From sequence record MN871444.1: a stretch of 64,000 nucleotides of DNA. One strand, given 5' to 3'. Shown in pieces: positions 1-8,137 of this stretch (the stretch's first letter is position 1; each line of letters starts with the position of its first letter). Position numbers and translations under genes: made by a program. The notes below the pieces were generated by a model. It did no database searches and was not told where the DNA came from. It was given only the letters and a program-made list of their open reading frames with translations.

Positions 1-2
1 TG

Positions 3-833
3 CGCAAATTTCTCACTGGTGATTTGGGTACGAAATATAAAGACGTCGCTAAACAGTTCTCACGTGGTGGGTTCGATTCCCCCTACGCCAAAAAAGTAAG
101 CGGCGTATATGCGTCGGTTATGAATGATCGGCGCCCCACCGAAAACTATCTGGTTTATACCTCAGACGTGCTGGAACGGATGGCGGGCCACACCAAAGTG
201 CTGCGCGAACTGGCTGCAACACATCTGAACAACACCATTCAGAAAGACGGCCTGTCATTCACGGCGTCGTATCTCCTACAGGTTATTACTGTAGCGGACT
301 TCGTTGTTGAATATGCCAGTCGCAATCTGTATGCAACTATGGCGAATTGCGCTTACGAGAATTCTAAAGGTGGCGGCGTTGCGCCGAAATTGGTCCCGGC
401 AGAGATTTCCTGGCTGGACGATAACTGCCGTTCATTCTTTACGGCGCTGAAACTATTCGACGTCGATTCGGCTACGTTTAAACGTAAACTGAATTCGGTA
501 CCCGACATGGTTCCGGATATGGCGGATTTCCAAGCTATCGCCGAGACGGTTGGCGTCTACACACTGGACCCCCTGGGTGTTGGTTTTGTAGAAACCCGCC
601 AAGGCAACCCACTGCTTCAGTTCCGCCTGTGGGTGGCAAACCGCCAGGTAGCTCGCTACCGCGCAATGGAAGCTGAGATGCAGGCCATCGAATTGCGCCT
701 TCTGCAACTCAAGTATCAAACTGCGGGTAAACCTGATCCGGCCGTGGACCAGGAAGTGCAGTATGCAGAAGAACATCTGTCTTCTTTATATTCCAAGAAG
801 GCCAAGCTTGATGAAAAATACGGGCTGGTCTGA
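3..833 (+). CDS. phiKZ-like virion structural (head) protein, 5'-truncated by the window edge
   Basis: The frame is open from base 3 (RKFLTGDL...), so the TTG at 24 is probably not the true start. It lies directly upstream of the internal-head paralogue cluster, as in phiKZ-like genomes, and has a coiled-coil C-terminus. Confidence 0.55.
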   Translation, partial: RKFLTGDLGTKYKDVAKQFSRGGFDSPYAKKVSGVYASVMNDRRPTENYLVYTSDVLERMAGHTKVLRELAATHLNNTIQKDGLSFTASYLLQVITVADFVVEYASRNLYATMANCAYENSKGGGVAPKLVPAEISWLDDNCRSFFTALKLFDVDSATFKRKLNSVPDMVPDMADFQAIAETVGVYTLDPLGVGFVETRQGNPLLQFRLWVANRQVARYRAMEAEMQAIELRLLQLKYQTAGKPDPAVDQEVQYAEEHLSSLYSKKAKLDEKYGLV

Positions 834-848
834 TAAAGGAGCAATATC

Positions 849-1343
849 ATGGCTATGCCGTATACTCGCATTTATTCCATTGGCTATACCCGCGTCACTA
901 CAGATGCGGGTTCCATCATGGAACTCAATTCAGACAGTGAAGCAATTAGTCTGTTTGAGCAGCTGGCCCAGGGTGATGTCGGCCTGAGTAACTGGCCGTA
1001 CACTCGGAACGCCATTTCTTGCGCTAGTCGATTGTTTGGTTCTGATCTTCAGGAATGGTTTAACTCCCAAGCGTCCAACGATAGACTGACTGCAAATGCC
1101 CGTGGGTTGCTTAACGATACCGTGGGTTATATCAACACTGGGGTCCGTAAGGTATCTCTACAATCATGGGCACGTATTTTAATGCGTGAACAAGATATGG
1201 ACTTGCCTAAAGGTCCAGGGAAGATTGAGGTCATCACCGACCTCAGAACAAATGCGCTGACCCAATGGCTACGCCACGACCGGGGGCTTATTGACCTGGT
1301 GACTACCATGAATATTTTATTCGGTAAAGGGGTTAGTCAGTAA
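849..1343 (+). CDS. Conserved jumbo-phage hypothetical/virion protein
   Basis: 164 aa ORF with AAGGAG RBS, in the head-protein operon. Confidence 0.55.
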   Translation: MAMPYTRIYSIGYTRVTTDAGSIMELNSDSEAISLFEQLAQGDVGLSNWPYTRNAISCASRLFGSDLQEWFNSQASNDRLTANARGLLNDTVGYINTGVRKVSLQSWARILMREQDMDLPKGPGKIEVITDLRTNALTQWLRHDRGLIDLVTTMNILFGKGVSQ

Positions 1344-1344
1344 G

Positions 1345-1353
1345 ATAGTATGC
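1345..1353 (+). promoter_or_regulatory. Candidate late promoter ATAGTATGC (TATG core)
   Basis: The same 9-mer occurs at 21197 and 42250, each intergenic and upstream of a structural operon. TATG is the known phiKZ nvRNAP late-promoter core. Confidence 0.55.
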
Positions 1354-1432
1354 TTTTGACGGTCGTTATTTCGGCCGTCTCAATCGACATGTCTATTCGA
1401 GTTATAACGTTAACGTTTAAAGGATAAATACC

Positions 1433-2860
1433 ATGGTAATGAAATTGAAAGGTCGCCGCATTAGCCTGGAAGAACTGGCTGAAGGCAATGTAGACGCAGG
1501 CGCCGCGGATGCAGTTGCAGCAGGCGACATCGAAACCCGTCTGGAAGTGGACACTCGCCCAGATGTAGACCTGGTTATCGCCGAAGGTGATATCGACGAC
1601 GCAGCCACCGATGTTGAAGCGGCTGAAGACAGCGTCGATACTCTGGTCGATACCGGCGAAGAGCTGGCTGTTATCCGCAATCAAATCGCCGACACTCTGG
1701 AAGATGAAGGTCTGGACGAAGTCAGTGCCGGCCTGGCTCGCACTGCCGCAAACATCGCACTGCGCCGCGTCGACAGCGAACTGGTGACTCCGGCCACCGA
1801 AAGCTTCGGCGGTTCCGCTACCGCGCGCATGGACAACACCCGCGTCACGATGGAAGCCATCGACGGTAAACTGCGCCAGATCTGGGAAGCGGTTAAGAAG
1901 GCACTGATCGAAGCCTGGAACGCCTTCAAGGCATTTGTAAAACAGCTGGTCGACGGTAAAGCTCGCGTGAAAGCACAAGCGCAGAAACTGCTCGAAACCA
2001 TCAAAGCGACTGCTGGCAATGCGGCTGGCGGTGAAAAGATCGAAATCAAAGACGCCACCCTGAAAATGATCGCGGTACAGCGTCCACTGGCTGCTGATTG
2101 GGAAACCCCGGTTGAAGCTATTCTGTCAGCTGTAGCTGCTGCCGATAAACTGGCCGAACAGGAAATCGCGTTTAACAACGGTCTGGCCGCGGCACTCCAG
2201 GGCGTCAACCCGGAAGCCGGCCTGGACGAAGCTACCCGTAAAGTACTGGGCTTCCTGTCCAGCTACAAACAAGCGGCTGAAGCGGCTGCGGCTGCATTCA
2301 AAACCATCGGTGGCGAAGCGAAAGCAGATATTGACGCGCCGGAAGGTTTCGAAGTGGTCGTATCCAACGTTCTGCCGGGCGGCTATGCGTTCTACGTTGT
2401 AGCGCCGAAAGAAGGCTCCGATCTGTCTCTGCCGGTTATCCTGGCGAACACCAAGTCCGGTATCACTGAAGTCGAAGTTACCGGTGAGTTCTCAGGCGAC
2501 GTAACCGCTGTATCCGCGGCATCTGCGATCTCGCTGCTGGAATCCGTCATCGCTGCGGTTGACGCGCTGGCCTCCGACAAACTCGAAGAGCTGGTTGCGG
2601 CACAAGACAAAGTGATCAAAGCAGGCGACGCGCTGGCCAATAAAGGCGGCGAAGCTGGCCCGCTGGGTTCACTGCTGCGTTCCCTGCCGCGCGTTGTTCG
2701 TGGCGTTGCCAAAGGTTCTGCCGATTGCGAAAAATACGCAGTCAAACTGTCTTTCGCGGTAGTCGAAGTTGTCCGTGCTTCTGCACGTACCTACGGCAAA
2801 ACCAGTACCGAAGTTGCAGAAGGTAGCGATGCCGCTAAAGGCACTGCTGCTGAAGCCTAA
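1433..2860 (+). CDS. Internal head (inner-body/ejection) protein, phiKZ gp93-family-like
   Basis: Acidic propeptide with ISLEE and VTME|AIDGKL protease-type sites, followed by the amphipathic helix WEAVKKALIEAW. Ala-rich, with strongly biased codons. Confidence 0.75.
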   Translation: MVMKLKGRRISLEELAEGNVDAGAADAVAAGDIETRLEVDTRPDVDLVIAEGDIDDAATDVEAAEDSVDTLVDTGEELAVIRNQIADTLEDEGLDEVSAGLARTAANIALRRVDSELVTPATESFGGSATARMDNTRVTMEAIDGKLRQIWEAVKKALIEAWNAFKAFVKQLVDGKARVKAQAQKLLETIKATAGNAAGGEKIEIKDATLKMIAVQRPLAADWETPVEAILSAVAAADKLAEQEIAFNNGLAAALQGVNPEAGLDEATRKVLGFLSSYKQAAEAAAAAFKTIGGEAKADIDAPEGFEVVVSNVLPGGYAFYVVAPKEGSDLSLPVILANTKSGITEVEVTGEFSGDVTAVSAASAISLLESVIAAVDALASDKLEELVAAQDKVIKAGDALANKGGEAGPLGSLLRSLPRVVRGVAKGSADCEKYAVKLSFAVVEVVRASARTYGKTSTEVAEGSDAAKGTAAEA

Positions 2861-2882
2861 AGCATTGCATTAACACTGCTTA

Positions 2883-2910
2883 GGGCGGAGGGTGACCTCC
2901 GCCCTTTTGT
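2883..2910 (+). terminator. Rho-independent terminator
   Basis: GGGCGGAGG-GTGA-CCTCCGCCC followed by TTTTGT. Confidence 0.8.
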
Positions 2911-2932
2911 GTTATCGATAGAGGAATAAATA

Positions 2933-5110
2933 ATGGCTGGATCAAAATTATTACGTATCCCTACTCACGTTAAGCGCACTAACGTTTCTCTCGAAGAACG
3001 CGAGCCCGCTGCTGAACGTGACCCGGATATTGTTGACCTGTCTCAAACGCCTGATGATGTTAATCCTGATGATGCAGGCACCACTGCGGCTGCTTCTTCA
3101 GAGGCGACATCTCAAAGCAGCGACGTAGCGAGTGATGCTGACGTCACTGAGACCGACACTGACGCGGGTGTTGCGTCTACAGAAGCTACGGGTGATGTTG
3201 CTACCGGGGCAGAACCCGATGCCGCCGCCTCCGCAGATGCGGATGCTGCCAGTGCAGACCAGACCCAAACCGACGAATCTGATGCCGTTGGCGGTGATGA
3301 AGCCACTTCTGCGGCTGCCGATGTTGGTGCAACCACCTCTGCCGAAGCAACACCTCCGGCCGATGATAGTACGGTAGATAGCGGAAATGATGCTGCCAAC
3401 GCTGACCTGGATAACCAGGGTGACATTACTCCCCCTGAAGAAGCTCAATCCACCGACTCGGATCTTGGCGGTGATACCTCAACCGATGTTGGTGCTGCCG
3501 ACCTGGGTGCGGTAGCGGATGGTGATACCTCCGCGGCTACCGACACTGGTACTGGGGAAATGGACTCAAGCACCGATGCAAGCGCGACGGCTGCTACTGA
3601 GCCGTCGACTCCTGTTGAAGAAGCTAACCCGGTTGAAAATCCGGCGGATGATATTCCGGAAGAAGCGCTTACTTCAGCCTGGGTTCAAGGTGTAGCCGTG
3701 GATAACCACGATGACGTCACCGACCTCAAAGATGGCGAAGAAGAACTGGATATTTACCAACACAATGAAAATGAGCTTCATGATGCTGCGACCAGTTTGG
3801 AAGAACTGCGCAACTGTTGTGTTCCGGTCGCCGTTGTTACGCACACTGAAACCGATGACCTCAGTACTCCGGTACAAACCGAAATGGTTTCGGATATTAG
3901 CGACAAAGCAGTAGACCTGCTGACTTCTACGGCGAATCAGACACTTTCTCGCCTGGGTAGTCAATTAGATCTGCCGGCTGCTACTGAGTCGGTCGGTACT
4001 CCAGCTGAACGCCTTCAGATTACGCTGGAAGCCATTGATGGTAAACTCAAACAAATTTGGGAAGCCATCAAGAAAATGGCAATTGCCGCCTGGGAAGCGT
4101 TTGTTAACTTTGTTAAAGGCGTCTTTGACAAGGCACAGCGCATTCGTAATCAGGTGGCTGGTCTGCGTAAATTCGTCGCTCAGTTCAAAGGGGCTACGCC
4201 AGAAAATGCTGAGTTTGAAAATAATTCAGTATGGGCAAGCTGCTGCGTGGAACGGGCTGGCCACAAACCTGAATTTGATGCTGCGGAAGTATCGACCCTA
4301 TTTGAAACCTACGTCAGTGCAGCTAAACCGTACCTGCTGAACGCAAGTAAGGCGCTGGCACCAGGACTCGGTCTGGTGTTTGACCGCGTCGCGGCGATTG
4401 ACCCGGAAAAAGCCGAAACCCGACAGGCTATGTGGGATGCTTTCGCCAACCTGATGGGTCGCTATAGCAAGTCGGTTGTTATGGTGACTAAGATGGTTGG
4501 TGGCGACACTAAATTGGATGATTCCGATCTGGCTGGTTTCGGCCCAACCCCTGGGTTGATGTCGATTTATTCTAACGCGGGCCTTGGTGGCGGATACCTG
4601 GCCGTGGACATCATCGACTCCAGCGTCAAGGTAGATATTGCGGCACCAGCTTTCTGGAACCATGCGGCATCGCGATACGTCCGCGGTCACGTAGTCGTTC
4701 CAGAGAACGCTAAAGTGCCGACCCTGTCTGCTGACCAGATGGAAGCCATGTTGGATCAGATCGATGAGGCGATGGAAACCGTACTGGAATATCGCTCGAC
4801 ATTTAAAACGTTTGAGCAACAGTTGGCGAAAGGGCAGCAAGCCACTACGAAACTGGCCAGCAAAATTCCAGAAAATGCCTCCCGAAATGATGCAAACGTC
4901 GCTATCTTTGCTTCGATGAAACTGGTGCCTAAACTGACTGGGTTCAACCAGGCAGTCATTAATGGCCTGTACGTTCAATCCAGTGCGATGCTCCAATACA
5001 TCGTAGCATCCACCAAACAGTATTCGGCCAATGAAAGCGCTGTCGATTCAACAGCGCAGACAGTAGCCGATGAAGGGGCGGCTAAATTACCGGCTCCTAA
5101 AGCAGCATAA
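2933..5110 (+). CDS. Internal head protein with long acidic N-terminal propeptide (gp93-family-like)
   Basis: About 300 aa D/A/T-rich N-terminus with VSLEE and TSLEE, then ITLE|AIDGKLKQIWEAIKK, nearly identical to the motif in 1433..2860. Confidence 0.75.
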   Translation: MAGSKLLRIPTHVKRTNVSLEEREPAAERDPDIVDLSQTPDDVNPDDAGTTAAASSEATSQSSDVASDADVTETDTDAGVASTEATGDVATGAEPDAAASADADAASADQTQTDESDAVGGDEATSAAADVGATTSAEATPPADDSTVDSGNDAANADLDNQGDITPPEEAQSTDSDLGGDTSTDVGAADLGAVADGDTSAATDTGTGEMDSSTDASATAATEPSTPVEEANPVENPADDIPEEALTSAWVQGVAVDNHDDVTDLKDGEEELDIYQHNENELHDAATSLEELRNCCVPVAVVTHTETDDLSTPVQTEMVSDISDKAVDLLTSTANQTLSRLGSQLDLPAATESVGTPAERLQITLEAIDGKLKQIWEAIKKMAIAAWEAFVNFVKGVFDKAQRIRNQVAGLRKFVAQFKGATPENAEFENNSVWASCCVERAGHKPEFDAAEVSTLFETYVSAAKPYLLNASKALAPGLGLVFDRVAAIDPEKAETRQAMWDAFANLMGRYSKSVVMVTKMVGGDTKLDDSDLAGFGPTPGLMSIYSNAGLGGGYLAVDIIDSSVKVDIAAPAFWNHAASRYVRGHVVVPENAKVPTLSADQMEAMLDQIDEAMETVLEYRSTFKTFEQQLAKGQQATTKLASKIPENASRNDANVAIFASMKLVPKLTGFNQAVINGLYVQSSAMLQYIVASTKQYSANESAVDSTAQTVADEGAAKLPAPKAA

Positions 5111-5113
5111 CTC

Positions 5114-5141
5114 GAGGGGGCAATAGCCCCCTCTTATGCCG
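5114..5141 (+). terminator. Rho-independent terminator
   Basis: GAGGGGGC-AATA-GCCCCCTC followed by TTATGCCG. Confidence 0.7.
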
Positions 5142-5192
5142 ATTCTCATCCTATGACCATTTCTTCATCAAGCAGCATTAGAGGGCGACATT

Positions 5193-6485
5193 ATGACTGG
5201 GTTGGTGAACACCCCACAATCAGATTTACCGGACTCCCCGACGTCGTACGCCGAGGTCCATCAGATGGTGACCGAACTCGCGCACCAGCAAAACGACATC
5301 AGCAAAAAAGACCATCAAGTACAAGAACATACTCAGGTCGTCGATGAACTTCGCAATACCGGGGATATGATAGCAGCATTAGGGGCTATCGTTAAATACA
5401 ATATCGATGGTAAGGCAATGACCCCATTTCAGTCTTCGCTGATGAAAAATGCGTTATGGCATAGTGGGGCTATTAGTCAAGAGGCCAATGATAGCGATAC
5501 CATCATCTCCATGGAGTCTTTACGAAAAATCCTGGCCGATATATGGGTTGCAATTAAAAACAGCTTAAAACGGCTTTTAGAGCGTTTAATTGACTTTTTA
5601 ACGGCCTACTACGGAATGCTGAATACCGTTGAAGATTTGGCATTGAAATTAAAAGCCATCCTCAAAGAAAATAACTGGCAGTCAGTGACAGTGACTTCTT
5701 TCTCTTCCAGTAATGCCCGCAAGCTTGCAGTCGGTGGTAAACTCAAATCAACCTGGGTAGAAGACACAGCTACGGTACTCAAGGAGATGGCTACGTCCGA
5801 CAAAGATGTAATCGATGCCGTGGGTGATTTTAATCTTGAAGCAACCAACCAAGTAATTAAAACTCTGAGAACTGATAAACTTCCTGATTTTAACTGGGGT
5901 GTTTTATCTGGCACGATCGGTACCTTGCGTCGAACTATCACCTCCACCATTTCTCGGTATGGGGTAACAACGTACGCAAAACCCTTCGGCGTAGACACTT
6001 ATTACTGTAGTGGGGTGCTACCCGGTGAATGGCAATTGGGGTGTAAGCAAATCCCAGTTCAGAATGCCGGTAGCCGACATGAAGCGGCTAAGGCAATCAT
6101 TGAAGGTATGGGTGACCAGTACTTCGTTATTTTGTCCCGAGAACAAACCGGGCCAGATGAACTCCCACTACCGTCGTTGAATGTGATTGAATCCGGATGC
6201 GATGATATCCTGAAAATAATCAGTATACTGAAAGAGTCCACTCAGAAACTGGATGTGGAGCTTAATCAGGCACTGAAAAAATCAATTGGCGTCATCGACG
6301 GACTCATGTCGAGGGTGCAGAACAGTGTCGAGGTTAAAGACCGAGATGCCGTGGACTTTGTCATGCGGGCAACGCAAATCTCCAGCAAACTCAGTCGCCC
6401 TTATTTGCAGGTATTGGGGAATATCCTACCAGCGTATACCCGGGCATTATTTCAGTGTGTTGCGGTTTATCGTAACGGAGCATAA
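5193..6485 (+). CDS. Internal head protein paralogue
   Basis: ISME|SLRKILADIWVAIKNSL motif, homologous to the two preceding genes. Confidence 0.65.
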   Translation: MTGLVNTPQSDLPDSPTSYAEVHQMVTELAHQQNDISKKDHQVQEHTQVVDELRNTGDMIAALGAIVKYNIDGKAMTPFQSSLMKNALWHSGAISQEANDSDTIISMESLRKILADIWVAIKNSLKRLLERLIDFLTAYYGMLNTVEDLALKLKAILKENNWQSVTVTSFSSSNARKLAVGGKLKSTWVEDTATVLKEMATSDKDVIDAVGDFNLEATNQVIKTLRTDKLPDFNWGVLSGTIGTLRRTITSTISRYGVTTYAKPFGVDTYYCSGVLPGEWQLGCKQIPVQNAGSRHEAAKAIIEGMGDQYFVILSREQTGPDELPLPSLNVIESGCDDILKIISILKESTQKLDVELNQALKKSIGVIDGLMSRVQNSVEVKDRDAVDFVMRATQISSKLSRPYLQVLGNILPAYTRALFQCVAVYRNGA

Positions 6486-6490
6486 CGTTG

Positions 6491-6517
6491 AGGGAGGCTT
6501 CGGCCTCCCTTTTATGC
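6491..6517 (+). terminator. Rho-independent terminator
   Basis: AGGGAGGC-TTCG-GCCTCCCT followed by TTTATGC. Confidence 0.85.
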
Positions 6518-6579
6518 TTAATATAAAAAAATACTATTCAAGATTACAATTTGAGTACACTTGGGGATGAAACATAAAA

Positions 6580-6775
6580 GACCTAAGGAAACGTTCCGTG
6601 CGAAGCACTCCACGTTACTGTTACTAATAAAAAGATAAGATAAATATATTTAATAGGAAAGAAAAAAGATCTTAGATTTGGGGGTTTGGGGGAGGGGTAG
6701 GAGGAGCAAAGCTCCTCCGTAGGGGAGGACCATAAAAACATAATTGTACGGGGAAGGGTTTATCTCCCTTCCCAA
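6580..6775. other. Structured non-coding region (mini-hairpin, purine-rich tract, four G-runs, two GC hairpins)
   Basis: GTGC-GAA-GCAC at 6598-6608. G-runs at 6680-84, 6688-92, 6694-97 and 6722-25. Hairpins at 6700-6718 and 6751-6773. Confidence 0.6.
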
Positions 6776-6839
6776 ATATGCTGACCAATCGCAATTCAGA
6801 ATTATCGTGTGTTTAACTCCACTAAAAGGTATTACTATT

Positions 6840-7277
6840 ATGAAACATGCTATTGTCCCTACACAAGCACCTAAAATCAGTATGATGGTAGGTTCCCAAT
6901 CTTTGGAGACTGGCGTCAAACTCACTGTAGAGGGTAGTGGTCGTATTGATTTCTCACCCGTAGTATCCCAGGTGCCTACATCGAATAATGGATTGCAATC
7001 GACGGCGTATTGGTCAGAATGCGAACCATCGACCTACTTCCTTAGTTTGGGTCAATACTCATGTACGCCATGTGGGATCATTAAATTCCATGAGGGGAAT
7101 ATTGACGAACCTAACGGCACGACGGTGGAATCCTTACTTCACGTTGTTGAACATCGTCTCGAGCACCATCAAACCGGCGAGTACCCCTGTAAGGAAAATG
7201 CAGCAGCGTTGAGTGCTGTACGGGCCGCTTTAGTCGCATTACATCATCGCAGTGAAAAACAAGGAAAAGTATCATGA
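6840..7277 (+). CDS. tad1: Tad1-like (Acb2/Tad1 hairpin family) anti-defence signal-sponge protein
   Basis: The C-half IKFHEG...NGTTVESLLHVVEHRLEHHQTGEYPCKENAAALSAVRAAL matches the recalled Tad1 pattern IKFQxG...xGxxxxxLLxIVxxRLxxFQxGxFxxRENAxALxxVEEAL. ATG 6840 (AAAAGGT RBS) is preferred over 6744. Confidence 0.65.
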   Translation: MKHAIVPTQAPKISMMVGSQSLETGVKLTVEGSGRIDFSPVVSQVPTSNNGLQSTAYWSECEPSTYFLSLGQYSCTPCGIIKFHEGNIDEPNGTTVESLLHVVEHRLEHHQTGEYPCKENAAALSAVRAALVALHHRSEKQGKVS

Positions 7278-8137
7278 TTCAAGTTGTATCCGCATTTCCT
7301 GGCTGTGGGAAGAGTTGGTTTCATCGGCAATTTACTGATGTTCTGGATAGCGATTCCAGTGGTTTTGATAAATCAGCATTCCCGCAAAACTATATCTGCC
7401 ATATTCGCAATACGATGGTCCAAGATAAATGCATCTTCGTAAGCAGTCATGGGATGGTCAGAGCAGCTATGATTGACTCCGGGATAGAATATATCCTGGT
7501 TTATCCTAGCCATGACATCAAGGACGAATTTCTTGACCGATATCGTAAACGTGGCAGCGAACCCCAATTCATTGAACTGCTGGACAAAAACTGGGATGCG
7601 TGGATTGGCGAATGTCAGGGGCAGCAAGGATGTGTGCATGTCGTACTGCAATCGGGAGAGTACCTCGCAGACGTCATCGAATATGACCCGCTCTACCGCC
7701 GGTTTACCGTTAAAGACGGGGCTACTACGTTTACCCCTCAACCACACAAACACAAAACGGAATACGTTGCTGTAGATTTTGATGGCACCATCGTCACTAA
7801 CGAATGGCCTGAGGTAGGTAAAGATACGGGCGCAATTGCGGTGCTGCGGGAACTACTCAGTGCGGGATGTAAGTTAATCCTACATACGGTCAGGGAAGGG
7901 AAGGAGCTTAATGAGGCGCTGGCGTATTGCGCAAAACATGGAATCGATTTCATTGGTGTCAATGAAAATCGTGAGTTTCCTCCTGGTGGAACCGTCACAG
8001 ATAAACCGTATGCCGACGTATATATCGATGATCGTGCGATGGGTTGCCCGCTTACCCACAACCCACTCATACATAAAGAACCGTATGTAGATTGGCTTGC
8101 GATTAGAAAACAACTGGAGAAACGAGGAGTATTATAA
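7274..8137 (+). CDS. P-loop nucleotide-kinase-like / HAD-phosphatase fusion
   Basis: N-terminal Walker A AFPGCGKS. C-terminal HAD motif I VDFDGT, motif II LHT, and KPYADVYIDDR (motifs III/IV). ATGA overlap with the upstream gene. Confidence 0.75.
   Translation: MIQVVSAFPGCGKSWFHRQFTDVLDSDSSGFDKSAFPQNYICHIRNTMVQDKCIFVSSHGMVRAAMIDSGIEYILVYPSHDIKDEFLDRYRKRGSEPQFIELLDKNWDAWIGECQGQQGCVHVVLQSGEYLADVIEYDPLYRRFTVKDGATTFTPQPHKHKTEYVAVDFDGTIVTNEWPEVGKDTGAIAVLRELLSAGCKLILHTVREGKELNEALAYCAKHGIDFIGVNENREFPPGGTVTDKPYADVYIDDRAMGCPLTHNPLIHKEPYVDWLAIRKQLEKRGVL

Noticed and set aside
1337-4996. Several antisense ORFs (1337..1978, 1681..2208, 4298..4996)
   Set aside because: They mirror the biased codons of the internal-head genes.
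6650-6925. ORF 6650..6925 (-) and the 6744 extension of the Tad1-like gene
   Set aside because: They run through hairpins and G-tracts, and the better RBS is at 6840.
7274-8137. Direct call as T4 PseT polynucleotide kinase
   Set aside because: Only the domain order matches. The kinase half looks like a different small phage P-loop family, so the function is left open.
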